Source: an uncultured Rivularia sp.
GTDB lineage: Bacteria > Cyanobacteriota > Cyanobacteriia > Cyanobacteriales > Nostocaceae
Assembly (NCBI GenBank): GCA_963665115.1
Contig: OY762007.1
Coordinates: 3,296,001-3,360,000, forward strand
Direction: 5' to 3'
DNA: 64,000 bases
The position numbers and the translations under genes are program-made. Under the pieces are notes generated by a model. That model worked only from the letters and a program-made list of their open reading frames with translations. It did no database searches and was not told where the DNA came from. Position 1 is the stretch's first letter; every line of letters starts with the position of its first letter. This document shows positions 10,158-21,077 of this stretch, piece by piece.

Positions 10158-11420
10158 ATGACTTTCACTCAGCAAAAAACCCTTGCAGATAAAGTTCGTC
10201 AAGACTTCCCGATATTACACCAGGAAGTTGACGGTAAACCTTTAGTTTATTTAGATAACGCTGCCACATCTCAAAAACCTTTATTTGTACTTGATGCTAT
10301 TCGTAACTACTACGAAGGATACAATGCCAACGTACATCGCGGCGCACATCACCTCAGTGCTAAAGCTACCGATGCATACGAAGGAGCAAGGGATAAAGTT
10401 ACTAAATTTATTAATGCTGCGTCTCGTCAAGAAATAATTTTTACTCGTAACGCTACCGAAGCAATAAATTTGGTTGCCTACAGTTGGGGAATGAATAACC
10501 TACAACCGGAAGATGAAATTATTCTTTCGGTAATGGAACATCACAGCAATATTATCCCGTGGCAGTTAATTGCTCAGAAGACGGGTGCGGTGTTGAAGTA
10601 TGTTGAATTGACACCAGAAGAAACTTTTGATTTAGAACAATTTAAAAAGCTGCTTTCCGATAAAACAAAATTGGTATCGGTAGTTCATATTTCTAACACC
10701 TTGGGCTGTATAAATCCGGTAAAAGAAATTTGTAAGTTAGCTCATGAAAAGCAAGCTAAAGTATTAATTGATGCCTGCCAAAGCGTGCCTCATATGCCCG
10801 TTGACGTGCAGGAAATAGACTGCGATTGGTTGGTAGCATCCGGACACAAAATGTGCGCTCCAACTGGAATTGGTTTCCTATACGGGAAATTGCAAACCTT
10901 GCAAGCAATGCCGCCATTTATGGGTGGTGGAGAAATGATTGCTGATGTGTTTTTAGACCATTCAACCTATGCAGAATTACCAGCAAAATTTGAAGCAGGT
11001 ACTCCGGCGATCGCAGAGGCTATAGCTTTAGGTGCTGCGGTAGATTATCTGTCGGGTATTGGCATGGATAAAATCTATGCTTACGAGTCAGAATTAACTG
11101 GTTATTTATTTGAGCAGTTGGGAAAAATACCCCAAGTAAAAATTTACGGCCCCAAACCAGATATTAAAGGTTGTGGTAGAGCAGCACTAGCTTCATTTAC
11201 CACAGGAGAAGTTCACCCCAATGACCTATCTACTTTGTTAGATAATGAAGGTGTAGCAATTCGTTCGGGACATCACTGCACGCAACCATTGCACCGTATA
11301 TTAGATGCTCCCGGTACAGCAAGAGCTAGTTTCTCTTTTTATAATACTCGTGAAGAAATAGATATTTTTATCAAAGCTTTGAAAGAGACTTTAGATTTCT
11401 TTAATAGTATGATGGGTTAA
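10158..11420 (+). CDS. sufS: SufS-type cysteine desulfurase
   Basis: [16 protein letters not shown] (PLP Lys), RSGHHCTQP. Confidence 0.97.
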   Translation: MTFTQQKTLADKVRQDFPILHQEVDGKPLVYLDNAATSQKPLFVLDAIRNYYEGYNANVHRGAHHLSAKATDAYEGARDKVTKFINAASRQEIIFTRNATEAINLVAYSWGMNNLQPEDEIILSVMEHHSNIIPWQLIAQKTGAVLKYVELTPEETFDLEQFKKLLSDKTKLVSVVHISNTLGCINPVKEICKLAHEKQAKVLIDACQSVPHMPVDVQEIDCDWLVASGHKMCAPTGIGFLYGKLQTLQAMPPFMGGGEMIADVFLDHSTYAELPAKFEAGTPAIAEAIALGAAVDYLSGIGMDKIYAYESELTGYLFEQLGKIPQVKIYGPKPDIKGCGRAALASFTTGEVHPNDLSTLLDNEGVAIRSGHHCTQPLHRILDAPGTARASFSFYNTREEIDIFIKALKETLDFFNSMMG

Positions 11421-11479
11421 ATTGGTGTTTGAAAAGTTTCATTTTGAATAATAAATTGAGAAGATATTTTACAATAGAT

Positions 11480-11527
11480 AGGACTTATTCAAAAGCGTAT
11501 GTCATTGCATAATTTTAAATAAGTCCT
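11480..11527. mobile_element. Minimal MITE-like inverted repeat
   Basis: AGGACTTATT...AATAAGTCCT arms; a related AGGACTTAC arm occurs at about 42191. Confidence 0.45.
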
Positions 11528-12105
11528 TTTGATATTGAAGTAATTACAGATGTTTGTATCAGACTTATCAGTATAATAATGAATTGAGAACTTTAAAGAA
11601 GACAAGTTAATAGAAAAATATTAGAATAAAATCTTCCAATAGCATTAGCGATTAATACGAAAAAATCACGTTATAAAATGATTATTCTCCGATTTTAATT
11701 GCTGCAATAAAGTATTTAAAAGATAAAATAAATTTATTTTCAGGTATCTATTTTACAGTAGATTAAAGTCAAAATTTGAATGGAAATTGGGACTTTATTA
11801 TTAGTAGTTCTTCAGAATTACTGATTCTAAATTCTCTAGCAATTACGATTGTAGATGCTAAAAAAGACAATATTAATGCAGATTTAGGTCAATGTGTTGC
11901 AGAAATGCTTGCGGCTAAAATCTTTAATGAGAAAGAGGGAAATGATATTCCAATTATTTATGGAACTGTTACTACGGGAACTAGCTGGAAGTTTTTAAAA
12001 CTTATTGAAAATATAGTAGAGATTGACCTTAACGAATACTATATTGATAATGTCGGTAAAATATTCGGAATATTGTGTAATATCCTTTCTGAAAAAACTA
12101 TCTAA
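11528..12105 (+). pseudogene. Decayed PD-(D/E)XK-like nuclease-fold hypothetical gene
   Basis: Fragments LPIALAINTKKSR.KMII / SPILI..INLFSGIYFTVD* / NLNGNWDFIIS..IVDAKKDNI..LGQCVAEMLAA..YGTVTTGTSWKFLKL; at least one frameshift, an in-frame stop and no intact N-terminus. Confidence 0.7.
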
Positions 12106-12113
12106 AGCGAACA

Positions 12114-12740
12114 ATGGTTGTAACTTATACCCTCGCAGAACAGCGAACCGTACTACACAACATCAGTTGGGAAACCTTTGAGACTTTGCTCAGAGAGACT
12201 GGTGACAATAGAGGTTCTACATTTGCCTATGACGGTAGTACTTTGGAAATTATGACTCCACTTTTTGAACACGAAAATCCTAAATGTAATTTTCATAATT
12301 TTATTATTGCATTAGCTGAAGAATTAAATATCGAAATAAAAAGCGCTGGTTCGACAACTTTAAAAAGAAAGATTGTGAGAAAAGGTATAGAACCCGATAA
12401 CTGTTACTATATTCAAAATGAATTAGCTGTAAGAGGAAGAGAAACACTCGATCTAACAACTTCTCCAGCACCCGATTTAGCAATTGAAATTGATATTACC
12501 AGTAGTTCAGTTGATAAGTTGGATATTTACTCGGCTTTAGGTGTAAATGAACTCTGGAGATACGACGGTAACAATTTGAAGTTTTATCAATTGCTTGAAG
12601 GGAAATACGTCGAATGTGAATTTAGTATTGCTTTTTCTTTAGTATCGGTAAAAGATATTAGTGGATTTATCGAGCAAAGCAAAACTATGGGAGAAATCGC
12701 TTTGCTCAAATCATTTCGGAATTGGGTAAAAAATGTTTAG
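12114..12740 (+). CDS. Uma2-family putative endonuclease
   Basis: LHNISWETFE, LEIMTPLFEHE, EPDNCYY, PDLAIEIDITSSS, LGVNELWRYDG. Confidence 0.9.
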   Translation: MVVTYTLAEQRTVLHNISWETFETLLRETGDNRGSTFAYDGSTLEIMTPLFEHENPKCNFHNFIIALAEELNIEIKSAGSTTLKRKIVRKGIEPDNCYYIQNELAVRGRETLDLTTSPAPDLAIEIDITSSSVDKLDIYSALGVNELWRYDGNNLKFYQLLEGKYVECEFSIAFSLVSVKDISGFIEQSKTMGEIALLKSFRNWVKNV

Positions 12741-12753
12741 AGGATAATCGCTA

Positions 12754-13407
12754 ATGTCAGTAGAAGCATATTTTAAGCAAGTATCTCCTCCTTTATTAGA
12801 AAAATTCAAAAAATATCCAGATTTTTTTGAATTATTTGATGATGCTCAGTATTTACCTGACTCACATTTTTGGCAAGAATCAAATCTCGATTTAAATAAT
12901 TCTGAAGATGCTGAATGGTTTGACGAAGCTACCAACTACGTACCGCAAACCTTGGAAAAATTAAAATATGAGCAGCCAAAAGAATTTGAAAAGCTCAAAT
13001 CAGATATTCCTACAATGCTTGCAGAAGGTAAAAATTCCGAATTCGATATCGGCAAAAAATGGAACACCCTTCACTTTATTTTGACTGGTACCAATTACTC
13101 AATTCCCGTACCGTTTCTTATTGGTAAAAATAAACAAGATAAATTACCTTCGGTAAATGCCATCTTAGGAGGTAAAACAATAGATTATGAAACAGATAAT
13201 GGACTGTTGCGATACCTAAGTGTCGATGAAGTCGCACAAGTTGCTGAAGCTTTATCAAAATTTTCTCAGACTCATTTTCGCGAGCGATTTACCTTGAAAG
13301 GTTTAGAAGATGGCTTTGATACTCTCTACGATGCTTATAAAAAGCTTTTAAATTACTACCAAAATGTGGCTTATCAAAAAGACGCTATGTTTTTATACTT
13401 TGGTTGA
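12754..13407 (+). CDS. DUF1877 (YfbM-like) protein
   Basis: DIGKKWNTLHFILTG, RYLSVDEVAQVAEAL, L..YY motifs. Confidence 0.75.
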   Translation: MSVEAYFKQVSPPLLEKFKKYPDFFELFDDAQYLPDSHFWQESNLDLNNSEDAEWFDEATNYVPQTLEKLKYEQPKEFEKLKSDIPTMLAEGKNSEFDIGKKWNTLHFILTGTNYSIPVPFLIGKNKQDKLPSVNAILGGKTIDYETDNGLLRYLSVDEVAQVAEALSKFSQTHFRERFTLKGLEDGFDTLYDAYKKLLNYYQNVAYQKDAMFLYFG

Positions 13408-13410
13408 TAC

Positions 13411-13690
13411 GGAATAGTAGGGAGTAGTAAGTAGGGAGTAGGGAGTAGGGAGTAGGAAGTAGGAAGTAGGGAGTAGGAAGTAGGGAGTAGGGAGTAGGGA
13501 GTAGTAAGTAGGGAGTAGGGAGTAGGGAGTAGTAAGTAGGGAGTAGGGAGTAGTAAGTAGGGAGTAGTAAGTAGGGAGTAGGGAGTAGGGAGTAGTAAGT
13601 AGGGAGTAGGGAGTAGGGAGTAGGAAGTAGGGAATAGTAAGTTAATTATTCTTCTCCTTGTCTCCTTGTCTCCTTGTCTCCTTGTCTCCC
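13411..13690. repeat. Heptamer tandem array (about 32 GGGAGTA/GTAAGTA/GGAAGTA units) followed by TCTCCTTG octamers
   Basis: Directly visible; STRR-type repeats typical of heterocystous cyanobacteria. Confidence 0.95.
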
Positions 13691-13793
13691 CATCCAAAAA
13701 TTAAAATATCCTATGCTTTTATAAGAAAAGATGTCCCCTGCGGAGTGTCAATGCGATAATTCGCAGAGGAAGCTTGTTAATTGAGAGGGATAG

Positions 13794-15371
13794 ATGACAC
13801 TTAAGCGGATATTTTTATTTTTACTTACCTTAGTAACTATTTTATTTTCTGGCTCCACTTTGATAGGAAGCTTGAATAAGCCTCAATTCCAAAGCGAGTT
13901 GGAGTTATACCAAACTAATATTGTATTGCTAGCAACTGATTGGCAACCTTCAGATGACGAGGAAAATTTGCAAAGTGCAAAAAAAGCCATACTGGGTGTA
14001 AAACCTCTTGATGGTGCATTGAAGCAATATCAAGACGCACGCGAGTCAGCGGAAAATAATTTAGAAAAGGCTCAAAGCCAATTAGCGCAACTACGCTCCG
14101 AATCAATTGATGTCATTCCTACATCGAAACCTCAGTCGGATATTCCTCCTGTTACTAATCTCTCTCCATTAGTAAAGCAAAAAAAATTACAGCAAACTTC
14201 CAATCGATTACAAGAATCGATCGCTGAATTAAATTTGCGTATAGGAATTATTCAAGCACGTCGAGGTGACAGCGATACAGCTATCGAAATTTGGCAGCAG
14301 GTACAAAAAAATTCAAGTATAAATCCTCAGCTTCGCGAAACGAGTCAAACTTTAATTAGACTTTGGGAAAAATCTCCTAAAGTTCCAGAAGATGCGGAAT
14401 TATTAATTAAAGATAATCTTAAAGGTTGGTTTCGCTATAGCGCTCTCGAAAAAATATATCAAATTCAACAAAATTCAGAATATTTAAATAATCTTAAAAT
14501 TATAGAGCAAAGAGCAGCTGAGGAAGCTTTACTCAAGTTAACAGCGATAGCTATTCTTCCTGTATTAGGAGGCTTTATTGGTATAGCATTGCTTATTTTC
14601 ACTTTCGCACAGTGGATAATCAAAAGAAAAGAAGCGCTATTAGCTAGAAATGCCGAGTTATGTTGGGCAACTCCTTGGGATGGTGAAACAATTTTACAGG
14701 TTTTTGTTGTCGGCTTTTTCTTAGTTGGACAATTAATTATACCGTTGCTCTGGCAGTTTCTTCCTTTACCGCATCCTACTGCAAACGTCAGGCTTGAAGC
14801 ATTATACATTTTACTTCGCTATATACTCCTGGCCAGTGCTTCTTTATTAGTTTTGTATTTGTCTATCAAACAATTTCTACCCCTTTCCGAAGATTGGTTT
14901 CGCTTTCGCTTGCGCGATGGCTGGCTGCTTTGGGGAATTGGCGGCTATTGCGCGGTAATACCAATTTTTGTCGCAGTTTCTTTGATTAATCAACAACTTT
15001 GGCAGGGGCAAGGTGGTAGCAATCCCCTATTACAAACAGTCTTGGAAAGTCAAGATAATCTGGCATTACTGATCTTTTTCTCTACCGCTGCCATCGCCGC
15101 ACCATTATTTGAAGAATTTTTGTTTCGTGGATTTTTGCTTCCTTCTCTAACTCGGTACTTACCAGTATGGGGATCGATAATTGTTTCAAGCTTCTTTTTT
15201 GCTGCCGTTCATCTCAGTTTATCTGAAGTTCTACCCCTTACAGTACTGGGGATCGTACTTGGAGTGGTTTATACGCGATCGCGCAATCTTCTTGCTCCCA
15301 TGCTTGTCCACAGTCTTTGGAATAGTGGCACGTTGCTAAGTCTATTCCTCTTAGGTAGTAGTACTAATTGA
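13794..15371 (+). CDS. CPBP (Abi/CAAX) family intramembrane protease
   Basis: APLFEEFLFRG, FAAVH, HSLWN motifs; multiple TM helices after a large soluble region. Confidence 0.9.
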   Translation: MTLKRIFLFLLTLVTILFSGSTLIGSLNKPQFQSELELYQTNIVLLATDWQPSDDEENLQSAKKAILGVKPLDGALKQYQDARESAENNLEKAQSQLAQLRSESIDVIPTSKPQSDIPPVTNLSPLVKQKKLQQTSNRLQESIAELNLRIGIIQARRGDSDTAIEIWQQVQKNSSINPQLRETSQTLIRLWEKSPKVPEDAELLIKDNLKGWFRYSALEKIYQIQQNSEYLNNLKIIEQRAAEEALLKLTAIAILPVLGGFIGIALLIFTFAQWIIKRKEALLARNAELCWATPWDGETILQVFVVGFFLVGQLIIPLLWQFLPLPHPTANVRLEALYILLRYILLASASLLVLYLSIKQFLPLSEDWFRFRLRDGWLLWGIGGYCAVIPIFVAVSLINQQLWQGQGGSNPLLQTVLESQDNLALLIFFSTAAIAAPLFEEFLFRGFLLPSLTRYLPVWGSIIVSSFFFAAVHLSLSEVLPLTVLGIVLGVVYTRSRNLLAPMLVHSLWNSGTLLSLFLLGSSTN

Positions 15372-16103
15372 CACCTTCATGTACTGTTGTCAGAATAAAA
15401 AATATCTGCATTAATTATGTGTAACAATTTTTCAATCAGTGTTCGCTATAGTGAGTGTAGATATTTTTCAGTTGAGAGCATAAATGCTTAACACGATTGC
15501 AAACTTAAAGGTTATGTTAAATATATAACTGATTATTTAACTAAGCATATAGTTATTTATTGATTAGTATCAGCCCTTGTAGGGATGCTGAGTATTTTCG
15601 ATTATTTTAAAATTGAAAATACGAAGGGGCATTTTCTACGTAAATCAATAGAATTTCAGAGCGGGAATGCACAACAAACTCAGTTCTGTTTCTACGCATA
15701 TAATTGAAAAGAGTGATTTCACTTGTCAAAGCTGCGAGCATACAGTATATCGGTAGTTGTAGTGCGCTTAATTAGTCCGGAATTTCTAATAACGGACTTG
15801 TACAACTGAATATTGCATCGTCATTGAATAGCAATTATTGCAGTTAATTATCAATGAGATATTTTCTGTTGTGAAATGACAGAATACGGCGATTTCAAAT
15901 TCGCTTAAATCAATACATATAGAAAAATATTAGTCTCTTAAATCCAGGCAAAGTCAAAACATCGTTGGGGCTTTCTGACTTAGAGATTTATTGACTTCAG
16001 CAAACAGTAATTTTACTAGTTAGCAGTAGAACGTTATTGACTTATACTGCTAACAAAAAATAAGGTAGTTAATTTTATATTTTTATTCTTAAGGAGCAGC
16101 AAT

Positions 16104-16379
16104 ATGGCAAAACTCACTCCCTCTCACGCTACAAAACAATTACTAGCTGGTTATTGCGGAATTATTTTTGGAGCATTAGGTATTCATAAGTTTGTTCTCG
16201 GGTATGCTCCTGAAGGTTTAATTACTTTAATTGTTTCTTTAGTAGGTGGTTACTTCACCTACGGCTTGACTTTTATAGTTATGCAGCTTGTAGGTTTAAT
16301 TGAAGGAATGATTTACCTGAATAAAGGGCACGACGATTTTGTCGGTACTTACTTTATGAATAAACAAGGCTGGTTCTAA
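16104..16379 (+). CDS. TM2-domain (NINE) small membrane protein
   Basis: GIIFGALGIHKFVLGY, LIEGMIYL, ends QGWF; AGGAG RBS. Confidence 0.85.
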   Translation: MAKLTPSHATKQLLAGYCGIIFGALGIHKFVLGYAPEGLITLIVSLVGGYFTYGLTFIVMQLVGLIEGMIYLNKGHDDFVGTYFMNKQGWF

Positions 16380-16755
16380 AACCATATGCAAAGTATCGAA
16401 AAGCTTTTTTTTTGATAAATATTAAGGGTGCGTAATTGTCGCAGTTGTAATATTATCTTCACTTGTATTTTTGTTTGAATCTTAAGTTGAGTTATAAATT
16501 CGTTCCTAGCTATGAAATAACTGTATTTAACATATAAGCCAAAGCATACAGTTAGGATTTATGAATTATTGCCCAGTTTGCCTAAGTTATTGTTACAAGT
16601 AAACAACAAGTCCAAAAATAATTATATAACTAAATTCTCTGGCTAGAATATAGATATAATTATCGATAATTTAATAGAAAATAGAATTATTCTTTTAAAT
16701 TATCTATGAAATAAATCTGAATAAACAACACAATATTTATATCCGGTACGGGCTG

Positions 16756-16941
16756 ATGTTCAAACGTAAAAATATTACATTTATAATACTTACCTGCTTG
16801 GGTATGGGTTACTTCTTGGCAATGTCGAGCTTGTCAATAAATCCCTTCTTAAAAAGTCAAGCTGCGATGCTTCCAATACAGTTAAGTTTAGTTATTTACT
16901 TTATTTATCTGCGTTGGAATCGACACAAAGAATTTAGTTAA
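16756..16941 (+). CDS. Small two-TM hypothetical protein
   Basis: 61 aa with two hydrophobic segments and basic termini. Confidence 0.55.
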   Translation: MFKRKNITFIILTCLGMGYFLAMSSLSINPFLKSQAAMLPIQLSLVIYFIYLRWNRHKEFS

Positions 16942-17082
16942 ATATCCAGTTATAACAAAAATTTATACCCAAGATATTCGGTCATAAGTCTGGATTTAGC
17001 TTACCCTCGAAGTAGGGACAAAAATAATTTTATGTTCCTGAAGAAGGCATTTTTATTTTTATAGCGAATCCGAACATTTTTC

Positions 17083-19497
17083 ATGCAACTGGTACCGAAA
17101 CAAAACAAAACCGATCCAGCAGCAATCAAAAACAAAATTACCCTTGATGTTGAGGGAATGGTATGTGCTGGCTGCGTAAGAGCGGTAGAAAAACAATTGA
17201 CGCAATTCCCAGGAGTTGATAATGCCTGTGTGAACCTAGCAACTGGGGTAGCAGTGGTAGACTCGGAGGAATTGACTATAGATGTTGATGCCTTAATCAA
17301 ACAATTGACTACAGCAGGATTTCCCAGCAAACCCCGCAAGTCATTTGGAGAAACACATAGCGCTCAGGCTTTAAAGGAAGCTGAAGAGAAAAATCTTCAA
17401 GAAATGCAATCGGCTCGCAGGCAGTTGATAATTGCTGTACTGCTGCTGATATTTTCAGGAATCGGACATTTAAGCCATATTAGCGGCTTGACGCTGCCGC
17501 TTTTACAAAATATCTGGTTTCACTTTGGATTGGCGACAATTGCAATATTAATACCTGGTCGTCCCATTCTCATAGATGGTTGGTTGGGGTTGCGTCGAAA
17601 TGCCCCCAACATGAACACTTTAGTTGCTTTAGGAACCGTTAGTGCATATGTTGCTAGCGTAGTCGCCTTAGTATTTCCCCAATTGGGCTGGGAATGTTTC
17701 TTTGACGAACCCGTGATGATATTAGGGTTTATTCTGTTGGGGCGTACTTTAGAGAAACGAGCTAGAAATCGCGCTTCTGCTTCATTTCAAGAATTATTAT
17801 CTCTGAGGCCATCGATCGCCCGATTAATAGCCAAGCCCAATCAAAATAACAACAGTGCTCAAGCCGCAGAAATTGTTGAAATACCGGCAGAACAAGTTCA
17901 TACTGGCGAATGGTTGCAAGTACTTCCAGGAGACAAAATCCCCGTAGATGGTGAAGTAGTAGAAGGGAAAACAACCGTTGATGAGTCGATGCTTACCGGA
18001 GAATCAGCACCAGTTCTTAAACGAATGGGAGATACCGTAAGTGCGGGAACCATTAACCAGTCGGGAACAATTATCATGCAAGCAACCCGTACTGGAAGCG
18101 ATACAACAGTAGCACAAATTGTCGGTTTAGTAGAATCAGCGCAAATTCGTAAAGCACCAGTTCAGAGATTAGCCGATACTGTGGCTGGTTACTTCACTTA
18201 CGGTGTATTAACTACCGCTTTACTAACATTTGTATTTTGGTATTTTATCGGCACTCATATCTGGCACGATATCGCTGCATCAACAGTTCTTAACTCGTCA
18301 CCGCATTCGCAGCACCTTATCGGTTGGCAAGCGCAAACTCCGACTCATTACTCCCCGATTTTAATTAGTTTAAAATTGGCGATCGCCGTAATGGTTGTTG
18401 CTTGCCCCTGTGCTTTAGGACTTGCTACTCCTACAGCAATTTTAGTCGGAACTGCTATTGGTGCGGAACAAGGTTTATTAATTAAAGGGGGCGATGTTTT
18501 AGAAAAGGTACATCAATTAAAGACAATAGTCTTTGATAAAACTGGTACCTTAACAACAGGTAATCCGACTGTAACTGACTGCATTAGCATATCCGAGAAA
18601 AGTACGACTACTTCCTTAATTCAGCTAGCAGCAGCAGTGGAAAGCGGTAGCCAACATCCTTTAGCAAAAGCAATTCTAGACTCGGCAGCGGAACAAAAAT
18701 TATCGATACCAGCAGCTACTGATTTTCATACAGAACCAGGTTTTGGCGTTTCTGCGGTAGTGAAAGAAACTACAGTACTTTTGGGCAGTTGGGAATGGCT
18801 AAATTTGAATAGCATTGATATTGATGAAACCATTCAAACACAAATTAAAACTTTAGGCAAAGCTGGTAAAACAGTAGTTGGTGTAGCAACTAACGGTGAA
18901 ATAGCCGGATTAATTGCGGTTCGAGATACTATACGTGAAGATGCCCGTTCAACTGTAGAAAAACTTCGTTCTTTGGGCTTACGAATAATCTTGCTTAGTG
19001 GCGATACCCAAGAAGCCGCTTTAGCTACAGCAGAACAATTAGGATTAAATCCCGATGATGCCATAGCAGGTATTCCTCCAGCGAAAAAAGCAACAATTAT
19101 CGAATCATTGCAAAATACCCATCCTAAATCTTTAGTCGCAATGGTAGGAGACGGGATTAACGATGCACCAGCTTTATCTCAAGCAGATGTAGGAATTTCC
19201 CTGCATTCGGGAACCGATGTAGCGATGGAAGCTGCGGAAATTGTGCTGATGCGAGATCAATTAAAGGATGTTGTAGAAGCTATTGCTCTTAGTCAAGCTA
19301 CCTTCAATAAAATTCGTCAAAATTTATTTTGGGCATTTGCATACAATATATTCGGAATTCCTTTAGCTGCTGGTGTATTATTACCGAGCCTCGGTTTTAT
19401 TCTGAATCCCGGAGGCGCTGCTGCTTTAATGGCCTTTAGTTCCGTTAGCGTAGTTACCAACTCCCTTCTGTTAAGAAGGTTTGACTTTAATTCCTAA
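17083..19497 (+). CDS. Cu(I)-translocating P1B-type ATPase (CtaA/PAA1-like)
   Basis: GMVCAGC metal-binding domain, TGES, CPCALGLATP, DKTGT, HP, GDGINDAP, YN and MAFSS Cu+ signatures. Confidence 0.93.
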   Translation: MQLVPKQNKTDPAAIKNKITLDVEGMVCAGCVRAVEKQLTQFPGVDNACVNLATGVAVVDSEELTIDVDALIKQLTTAGFPSKPRKSFGETHSAQALKEAEEKNLQEMQSARRQLIIAVLLLIFSGIGHLSHISGLTLPLLQNIWFHFGLATIAILIPGRPILIDGWLGLRRNAPNMNTLVALGTVSAYVASVVALVFPQLGWECFFDEPVMILGFILLGRTLEKRARNRASASFQELLSLRPSIARLIAKPNQNNNSAQAAEIVEIPAEQVHTGEWLQVLPGDKIPVDGEVVEGKTTVDESMLTGESAPVLKRMGDTVSAGTINQSGTIIMQATRTGSDTTVAQIVGLVESAQIRKAPVQRLADTVAGYFTYGVLTTALLTFVFWYFIGTHIWHDIAASTVLNSSPHSQHLIGWQAQTPTHYSPILISLKLAIAVMVVACPCALGLATPTAILVGTAIGAEQGLLIKGGDVLEKVHQLKTIVFDKTGTLTTGNPTVTDCISISEKSTTTSLIQLAAAVESGSQHPLAKAILDSAAEQKLSIPAATDFHTEPGFGVSAVVKETTVLLGSWEWLNLNSIDIDETIQTQIKTLGKAGKTVVGVATNGEIAGLIAVRDTIREDARSTVEKLRSLGLRIILLSGDTQEAALATAEQLGLNPDDAIAGIPPAKKATIIESLQNTHPKSLVAMVGDGINDAPALSQADVGISLHSGTDVAMEAAEIVLMRDQLKDVVEAIALSQATFNKIRQNLFWAFAYNIFGIPLAAGVLLPSLGFILNPGGAAALMAFSSVSVVTNSLLLRRFDFNS

Positions 19498-19716
19498 AAT
19501 CCTCCTTTGGAGGTATTATTTGCTAGCAAAAATATTCGTTTAGCTCATCTCAGGTTAAACTAGGTCAGTAGTATTGTGTTACGTTTCTCACATATAAATT
19601 GTAGAAACGCTATCTCAAGCTGCATAAATATTCCAGAGTGAAAATTCAGATTTTACTCAAGGATCGAAATCGATTTTATAGATCGCAGCTTCTGACCACT
19701 GAGGAATGATTCGATA

Positions 19717-20235
19717 ATGGCAACAAACTATACCAAACGAATCTTGATTGCTGACAGTTCAACCGATTGTAGCAACGATAAGTCTATTAAGTCTATGGCA
19801 GTACAATCGAATGAAACTCATATCTTGATTATAGAAGACGACCAGGGGCGTAAAGAATTTTCTTTAGAAAACTCTCTTTATTCTATTGGTAGGGACCGTG
19901 AATGCGACATTCATTTGGTATCGCAATTTGTCTCGCGTCGTCATGCAACGTTAGTAAAACTACCAAGAGATGGTGATAATGATGAGCGATTTTATTACCG
20001 TATTGTAGATGGTGATGTCAAAGGCAAAGCTAGTTCCAACGGTTTGATGATTAACGGACGTAGCAAAATACCAGCCCACGATCTAAAAAATGAAGACGAG
20101 GTTGTATTCGGGCCGCAAGTACGCGCTATTTATTACCTGCTTCAAAGGGATGTGACTCAAACAGGGCAAACAGATGCTAGCGAATATGACATCACTTTAA
20201 TAAATCCCAGTATGACTGAAGATACTGAGGATTAG
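19717..20235 (+). CDS. FHA-domain protein
   Basis: YSIGRD..CDI....FVSRRHA, SSNGLMING, DEVVFG. Alternative start at 19795. Confidence 0.9.
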   Translation: MATNYTKRILIADSSTDCSNDKSIKSMAVQSNETHILIIEDDQGRKEFSLENSLYSIGRDRECDIHLVSQFVSRRHATLVKLPRDGDNDERFYYRIVDGDVKGKASSNGLMINGRSKIPAHDLKNEDEVVFGPQVRAIYYLLQRDVTQTGQTDASEYDITLINPSMTEDTED

Positions 20236-20255
20236 AAAGTTGCCACTAACTTCTT

Positions 20256-20295
20256 GGAGGGGAATTTTTTAGGCACTGTTGGCATATTCCCCTCC
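20256..20295 (+). terminator. Hairpin downstream of the FHA gene
   Basis: GGAGGGGAAT / ATTCCCCTCC inverted repeat. Confidence 0.5.
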
Positions 20296-20334
20296 TACAT
20301 AAATTGCTATTTGAAATTACGAAGGTTGAATATC

Positions 20335-20454
20335 TTATACCAATTCTGTATGAGGCTGTGCTGAATCGCCCTCAGTCTGGAAGACTGGGGCTATCGAAAC
20401 AAAGCCCGTCTGCACGGGCTGAATTAGGGGCATCTTTATAAAGAAATGGTATTA
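20335..20454. mobile_element. MITE-like element (about 120 bp) with internal palindromes
   Basis: Terminal inverted repeats TTATACCAATTCTGTATGA / TTATAAAGAAATGGTATTA; internal CAGTCT..AGACTG and AGCCCGT..ACGGGCT hairpins. Confidence 0.65.
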
Positions 20455-20614
20455 GAAGCTTGTACAGAAGGAATAAGAACTTTAGGTAGGTTATAGCTAT
20501 AGTCTAAAAGATTCTTTTCTAATAACTGTTATTTTTAAAATAATGGCTATTTGTTGCGGCGAATTCACTATTGTATCCAGCCGCAACGAATGCCTAAACA
20601 ATCAAAAAAAACAA

Positions 20615-20962
20615 CTATCCGGCAAGAGTCTCAGTTAAATTCCAGTGACGGCAATCCTCAATTACTTGCTTCATAACTTCAAAAACTTGTCGGCAATGAT
20701 TATCAACTTGGAGTGGTAGCTCCTCATTTTTAAACACCAAATTCATTTTGGTTTCTGTTTCAGTTGCCGTGCTTTTATCAATTAGTACCTCTATGGTGAC
20801 AAATTTTGAGAAAGGAACGCTACCAGGAACCTCTCGCGCCAGAATATAATCGGATGTATAATATTGCACATCTAAATTACATTCTTGCAAAAGCTCTATA
20901 AACAGCGGTTGCAGATGGTCTATGGGAAGAGAAACAATATATGAACAGGTATAGCGAGCCAT
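20615..20962 (-). CDS. Conserved cyanobacterial hypothetical protein
   Basis: 115 aa (MARYTCS...KNEELPLQVDNHCRQ), divergent from the epimerase gene. Confidence 0.8.
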   Translation of the reverse strand: MARYTCSYIVSLPIDHLQPLFIELLQECNLDVQYYTSDYILAREVPGSVPFSKFVTIEVLIDKSTATETETKMNLVFKNEELPLQVDNHCRQVFEVMKQVIEDCRHWNLTETLAG

Positions 20963-21077
20963 AGTAGCCCCACGCCTTATAATAATTTGTCCATCCTATA
21001 ATACCTAACTAGGCAAAATCTAAGTAAATAGAATTCATTCACAGGTAAAATAGTGGTTTGGTGCAGGAAAAAAAAAG

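Noticed and set aside
13411..13642. Possible CRISPR array
   Set aside because: Contiguous 7-mers with no unique spacers and no cas genes; the same applies to the other arrays.
13374..13697. 107 aa ORF with LLPTPYS repeats
   Set aside because: Translation of the heptamer/octamer arrays; no independent coding evidence.
15955..16010. Glutamine (glnA) riboswitch starting ATCGTTGG
   Set aside because: Lacks the GGAAGTA..GAAGCAACG closing elements.
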